A stretch of 64,000 nucleotides of DNA from Candidatus Rokubacteria bacterium RIFCSPLOWO2_02_FULL_73_56 (GTDB taxonomy: Bacteria > Methylomirabilota > Methylomirabilia > Rokubacteriales > CSP1-6). The position numbers and the translations under genes were made by a program. The notes beneath the pieces are model-generated. The model had not been told where the DNA came from. It did no database searches and was given only the letters and a program-made list of their open reading frames with translations. The stretch covers positions 2,106-66,105 of the forward strand of contig MGCF01000006.1 of NCBI GenBank assembly GCA_001788495.1. Reading direction: 5' to 3'. Of the stretch, positions 31,301 through 35,676 are shown one piece after another; the first letter of the stretch is position 1, and each line of letters begins with the position of its first letter.

Positions 31301-34285
31301 GTGCTTGTCGGTCACCTCGGAGACGACGTCCGTCATCTCGGCCTTGACGCTGACGCCGTCGGCCGTGATCGTCGCGTCGCCGATGTGGGCGGAGTTCGTC
31401 ACGAGGGCGACGTTGATGGCCACCGCGGCCGCGATGCCCGTGCCGGCGTTGGCGACCGTCCCGTCGGCGGTCGCGCTCGCGTCCACGTTCTCGGAGGCCT
31501 GGACCGTCAGGGCGCCGTCGGAGTCGATCGTGACGCCGTCCGCGATCTGGGCGCGCGCCGTCGCCTTGGCGACGTTCACGGCGATCCCCGCGGCCACGCT
31601 CACGTTGTCGTTGTCCTGGTTCTGGGCCTTGGCCTTGTCGTTGCTGCTGTCCGCGCCCGAGGCGTGGCTGCCGCTGCCGCGGTTGGCGCTGGCCTGGGTG
31701 TTGCCGAAGTCCCGCTGCTGATTGCTCTTCTGCTGGGCGTTCTTCCCGCTGGAGTCGCTGCCCTCGCCCTCCCCGCCTTCCGCGCTCGCCTTGGCCTCGG
31801 CCAGGCTCTTCGAGCGCCCCTTGGCCTTGAACCGTGTCGCCCCGCCGGTGGTGACGCTGCGCGTCGTCTCGGACACGACCGTGTCCTGCGCCCAGCCGAA
31901 GGCGATCGCCACGCCGACCGCGACGTCGGTGCCGACGGCCTTGCCCTCGGCCTTCGTGCTGACGTCGCTCGTGCCGCTGGCGTCCGCGAGCAGCTCGCCC
32001 CCGACCACGAGCGCCGGCTGCAGCGCCGTGCCCTGGATCTGGGTCGCCGTGTCGAGGGTCACGACCGAGACGGCGACGACCGGCGCGATCGCGTTCCCGC
32101 CGGCTCCGCCGCCCTTGGCCTCGGTCTCGATCGTGTGGGTCGCCGTCGCCGTGAGGTGCACGTCGTCGGCGTCCGTGAAGACGACGCCGGAGCCGATCGT
32201 CGCCTTCGTGTCGTTGTCGGCGACGGTGAGCGCCACCGAGGCGCCGACGCCCGTGCTCTTGCCGGCGTCGTCGTCGCCGTCGTCGTCGTCGATGCTCGCC
32301 TCGGCCCTCGCCGTGATGTGGGTCGTCGACTCCGCCAGCAGCGTCAGGCTGCTGCCGTTGAGGTCGACCGTCGCCGCGGGGTCGACCAGCGCGTAGACGT
32401 TCGCGATCGTGACGTTGATCGCCAGCGCCCCGGCGAGCGCAAGGCCCGACGACCCCCCGCTCGCCCCGGACTTCGCGGTCACGTCGAAGTGGCTGTCCGG
32501 CATCACCGCGTGCACGGTGATCCCGTTCGGCCCGTCGAGGCTCGGGCTGCCCGTGAGCCACGCCTTGACCTCGACGACGTGCACGCCGATGCCGACGCCG
32601 AGGCCCACGCCCTCGGGGTTGTTGTCGGTCGTCGAGCCGTCGCCGATCGTGGCGATGTCGTAGGTGCCGCTCGCGGTGAGGCCGATCGTCGTGTCCGAAG
32701 TGATCGTCGCGTCGTCGATCTCGGCCCACGTGTGGCCGGTGATGACCGACACCGCGACGGTCGCGGCGAAGTTGACGTTCCCCTCGCCCGTCGCGGCCCG
32801 ATCGCTCGTGTCGCTGTCGTCGTTCGGGTCCTTGAGCCGCTCCTTGGACGTCTGCGAGCCGTCGTCGGCGTGGTCCTTGGCGCCCTTGGGCGACGCCTTC
32901 GCCGTCGTGTCGACGGTCCGGCTGGTGGTGGCCGCGATCGCGACCGAGCTTGCGTCGATCGAGGTCGTCGCGTCGCTGATCACGACTTCCGTGTCGCCGA
33001 AGACCACGCTCACGGCGACGATGGCGCCCGCGGTGCTCGAGTTGCCGAGCGTGCCGTCGGCCGTCGTCGTGAGGTGGACGGTGTTCGTCGCGTCGATCGT
33101 CGCCGCCCCCGTCGCCACCAGGTCCGAGTCGTTGTGGACGGTGACCGTGGCCGAGCTGCTGACGACCGCGACCGCGAACGAGGCGTCCGTCGTGGTTTCG
33201 GTGTTGTCCTTGCTGCCGTCGGTCGGATCGGGCTTCCGCGCGAGCGTGAGGCTCGGCATGCTCGACGTGGCGTCGATGTCGATCGTGCCGGTCGCGGCGA
33301 GGTCCGCGTTGTCGAGGTCCACGGTGGCGGACGAGAACAGCAGCAGCTCGCTGAAGTTGACCTTCCCGTCGAGCTTGCTGGCGGTGTTGATCGTCACCGT
33401 TTCCTGGCTCAGGGCCAGGATCGTGATGTCGTGACCGCTGATCGTCGAGTTCGTGACCGTGACCTCGGCGGACGGCAGCTGCAGGAAGTCGGCCGAGTCG
33501 GCGTCGCCCGTGACGGTGCTGGGCTTCCCCGCGTTGAGCGTCACGTCGTGCGCGCTCAGCGTCGTGCCGGTCATGTGGATCGTCGAGTCGGACTCGACGG
33601 TGAGATCCTTGCCGCCGGTGAGCGTGAACGTGCTGGCGGCGACCTCGATGTCGCTCGAGCTGTGGAACCGGAGGTTGAAGCCGACGCTCGTCGGGCCGGT
33701 GCCCTGCAGGCGGAAGAGATCGTTGCCGATGCCCGGGATGACGCCCTCGAGGAACGAGATGTCCTTGCCGCCCACGAAGTCGATGTCGAGGAGCCCGCCG
33801 TCGCCGCTCACGAAGGTCGCGAGCGCGGGCAGGTCGAACGAGTCGAGATCGATGCGGATCGTGTCGCCCCGGAGGTCGCTGTTGGTGTCCCCACCGTCGC
33901 GCTGGATGACGACCTGGTGCTCCCCGGCGTTGTCCAGCACGGCGGAGGCGAGGACGTTCCCGAGGTTCCCCGTCTCGCGCAGCTCCAGGATCGGGTCGGA
34001 GCCGCTCAAGTCCGCGACCAGCGTCATGTCGGCGACGAGGCTGAGCGTCGGGTACGTGAGGTTCGCGGACAGCAAGAGCCGCGGCTCCAGCGTCTCGAGC
34101 GCGAACGCCTGGCGCTGCCGCGCGAGGTCCGCGAGACGCGCCCACCGGCGGCCGGCACGGCGCCGCTGGGCGCCCTGCGCGTAGATCGATTGCATGAGGC
34201 GATGGAAAAAGAGCTCGGCGATCGTGCGGACACGCGAAGCGCGCCGACGCGGACGGGACGGACGGGCGTCGAGCAGCGTGGTCAT
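10346..34285 (-). CDS. Giant (7,979 aa) extracellular repeat/adhesin-like protein with N-terminal LEPR-XLL-type motif, about 45-aa beta-repeat arrays, RTX calcium-binding repeats, two LamG-like domains and a C-terminal metzincin zinc-protease domain.
   Basis: Single uninterrupted ORF with coherent Thr/Ser/Gly/Ala/Val/Asp-rich repeat composition. N-terminus '[74 protein letters not shown]' has no hydrophobic signal peptide. The internal 'GGxGxDxUx' nonapeptides, LamG-like blocks and C-terminal '[22 protein letters not shown]' (HExxHxxGxxH plus Met-turn) are listed as separate features. The long antisense ORFs across it (9134..20083+, 23297..28243+, 28277..35887+) are artefacts. Confidence 0.9.
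   Translation of the reverse strand: [7979 protein letters not shown]
10349..11020 (-). other. C-terminal metzincin-type (matrixin/M10-like) zinc metalloprotease domain of the giant protein.
   Basis: '[33 protein letters not shown]...[28 protein letters not shown]' shows HExxHxxGxxH followed by a Met-turn. HELGH maps to about 10765-10777. Confidence 0.6.
11100..12180 (-). other. Two tandem LamG/concanavalin-A-like lectin/glucanase domains in the giant protein.
   Basis: Two about 180-aa blocks of beta-sandwich-like sequence, '[20 protein letters not shown]...[36 protein letters not shown]...FDNVQVQV' and '[22 protein letters not shown]...[36 protein letters not shown]...FDNVTIKT'. Approximate coordinates. 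Confidence 0.5.
12460..14910 (-). repeat. RTX/hemolysin-type calcium-binding nonapeptide repeat region of the giant protein (approx. residues 6460-7275).
   Basis: Multiple 'GG.G.D.L.G' runs, e.g. '[41 protein letters not shown]', '[31 protein letters not shown]', '[50 protein letters not shown]', '[31 protein letters not shown]'. Coordinates are approximate, from residue counting. Confidence 0.7.
34064..34090 (-). other. LEPRLLLSA motif (LEPR-XLL-type N-terminal sorting/recognition motif) at residues 66-74 of the giant protein.
   Basis: Direct read of the translation. I recall the motif as the signature of a named N-terminal domain of giant repetitive proteins whose function is unknown. Confidence 0.6.
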
Positions 34286-34628
34286 TTGAGGCTCCCTTGG
34301 AGAGCGAGCAGAGGCAGGGCGATGAGACGAGAAACCCGCGGATGCGAGTGCCAGCGCCTCCCGGAAATCACCTGGGCGGTTCTCCTACGGGCTAGCGAGC
34401 GACGCCACGGGTTGTGGCGGCGCCACTCTCGGACCAAACCTGTGCGTTGTCAAGGGCCGTTCTGCTGGCACCCGGGGCATTTCCGGAAGGCCCGCCGGCC
34501 CAGGTCAGGAGGCGTGCCTCCGGGTCACCGCCACGCCCCTCCCCCGATGACGCGAATTCCGGGCGGTGCGATCATGGCCCTGGCTCCCCGGTCATGGCAA
34601 GACGACAGGCCGTCCAGGCGCCGGCCCG
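34286..34628. promoter_or_regulatory. Divergent intergenic/promoter region between the giant-protein operon (minus) and the glycosyltransferase gene (plus).
   Basis: About 340 nt non-coding, the only sizeable gap upstream of a roughly 34-kb co-directional gene string. No motif could be assigned with confidence; a TGGCAC-containing stretch at about 34464 does not have correct sigma54 spacing. Confidence 0.35.
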
Positions 34629-35645
34629 ATGACGGCGGCAGACGCGCGGCGGGTGGTGCTCGTCGCTCCACCGTACGGCTGGCTGCGCGGCGAAGTGCCG
34701 AGACGCTGGCTCTCGGGACGCGGCGTCGACGCCGTGCTGCTCGCCCATGCCTCGCCGCAGTTCGGGGTCCCCGGCGCGATGGACGCCATCGAAGCCCTGG
34801 CGCGGAGCGCCCCTGCGACGTGGCACTTCTACCCCTTCCCGCACGACGAGTATCTGATCGACACGCTCCAGGCGCGCGGCCACCGGGTGCTCGTCGGCCT
34901 CGACGACGACTACTGGCACCCGAGCCCCTGGCATCCCGTCGGACCCCGGCTGGACAGCCTCCCAGACCTCGAGGCGCTGCTCGCCGCCGCCGACGGCCTG
35001 GTCGTCACGACGGAGCCGCTCGCCGGGATCGTCGCGCGCTTCAACGCCAACGTCGCCGTCGTGCCGAACGCCCTCGACCTCGAGGCGATGCCGGCGGCCC
35101 GCCCGCCACGGGAGGGACGGGCCAGGCGGGTTGGATGGAGCGGCTGGCCGGGACACCGGGGCGACACGGCCCTCCTCGAGGCGCCGCTGCGCGCGCTGCT
35201 CGCGGAGGACCCGGAGCTCACCTTCGTCGTGGCCGGCGAGCTACCGGCCTGGGCGGTGGGCGAGGCCCGGGTGGAGCGCGATACGCGCCTGCTCCCTCCG
35301 CTGGCACACTACCGGCGGCTCGCGCGGCTGGAGATCGATCTGTTCGTCGCGCCGCTGGTCGAGCACCCGTGGAACGAGGCGCGGAGCCTGCTGAAGGCCC
35401 TCGAGGCGGCCGCGCTGGGACTCCCGATGATCGTGTCCGACGTGGGCCCGTATCGCGCCGTGCCCGCGGATGTCGCGCTGAAGGTTCCGAACACCGCGGC
35501 GGCCTGGCGCGCGGCCCTCGAGCGGCTGATCGCCGACGCCGCGCTGCGGAGGGCGCTCGCCGGGCGCGCGCTTGCATGGCTCCGAGAACACCACACGATC
35601 GACACCACCGGTCCGCTCTGGCGGGCGGCGCTCGCCGCCGTGTGA
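34629..35645 (+). CDS. Glycosyltransferase, GT-B fold (family 1/4-like).
   Basis: C-terminal 'LLKALEAAALGLPMIVSDVGPY' resembles the GT1/GT4 donor-binding motif. Rossmann-like 'RRVVLVAPPYGW' at the N-terminus. Start at the ATG at 34629; a GTG at 34566 is an alternative. Confidence 0.6.
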   Translation: MTAADARRVVLVAPPYGWLRGEVPRRWLSGRGVDAVLLAHASPQFGVPGAMDAIEALARSAPATWHFYPFPHDEYLIDTLQARGHRVLVGLDDDYWHPSPWHPVGPRLDSLPDLEALLAAADGLVVTTEPLAGIVARFNANVAVVPNALDLEAMPAARPPREGRARRVGWSGWPGHRGDTALLEAPLRALLAEDPELTFVVAGELPAWAVGEARVERDTRLLPPLAHYRRLARLEIDLFVAPLVEHPWNEARSLLKALEAAALGLPMIVSDVGPYRAVPADVALKVPNTAAAWRAALERLIADAALRRALAGRALAWLREHHTIDTTGPLWRAALAAV

Positions 35646-35676
35646 CGGCCCGCGTTGGGGGGCCGGCGCGCGCGGC

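Noticed and set aside
34463-34480. TGGCAC-containing stretch resembling a sigma54 -24 element in the divergent promoter region
   Set aside because: The GC of the putative -12 element is 2 nt too close to the GG; the spacing does not fit TGGCAC-N5-TTGC, so I do not call a sigma54 promoter.
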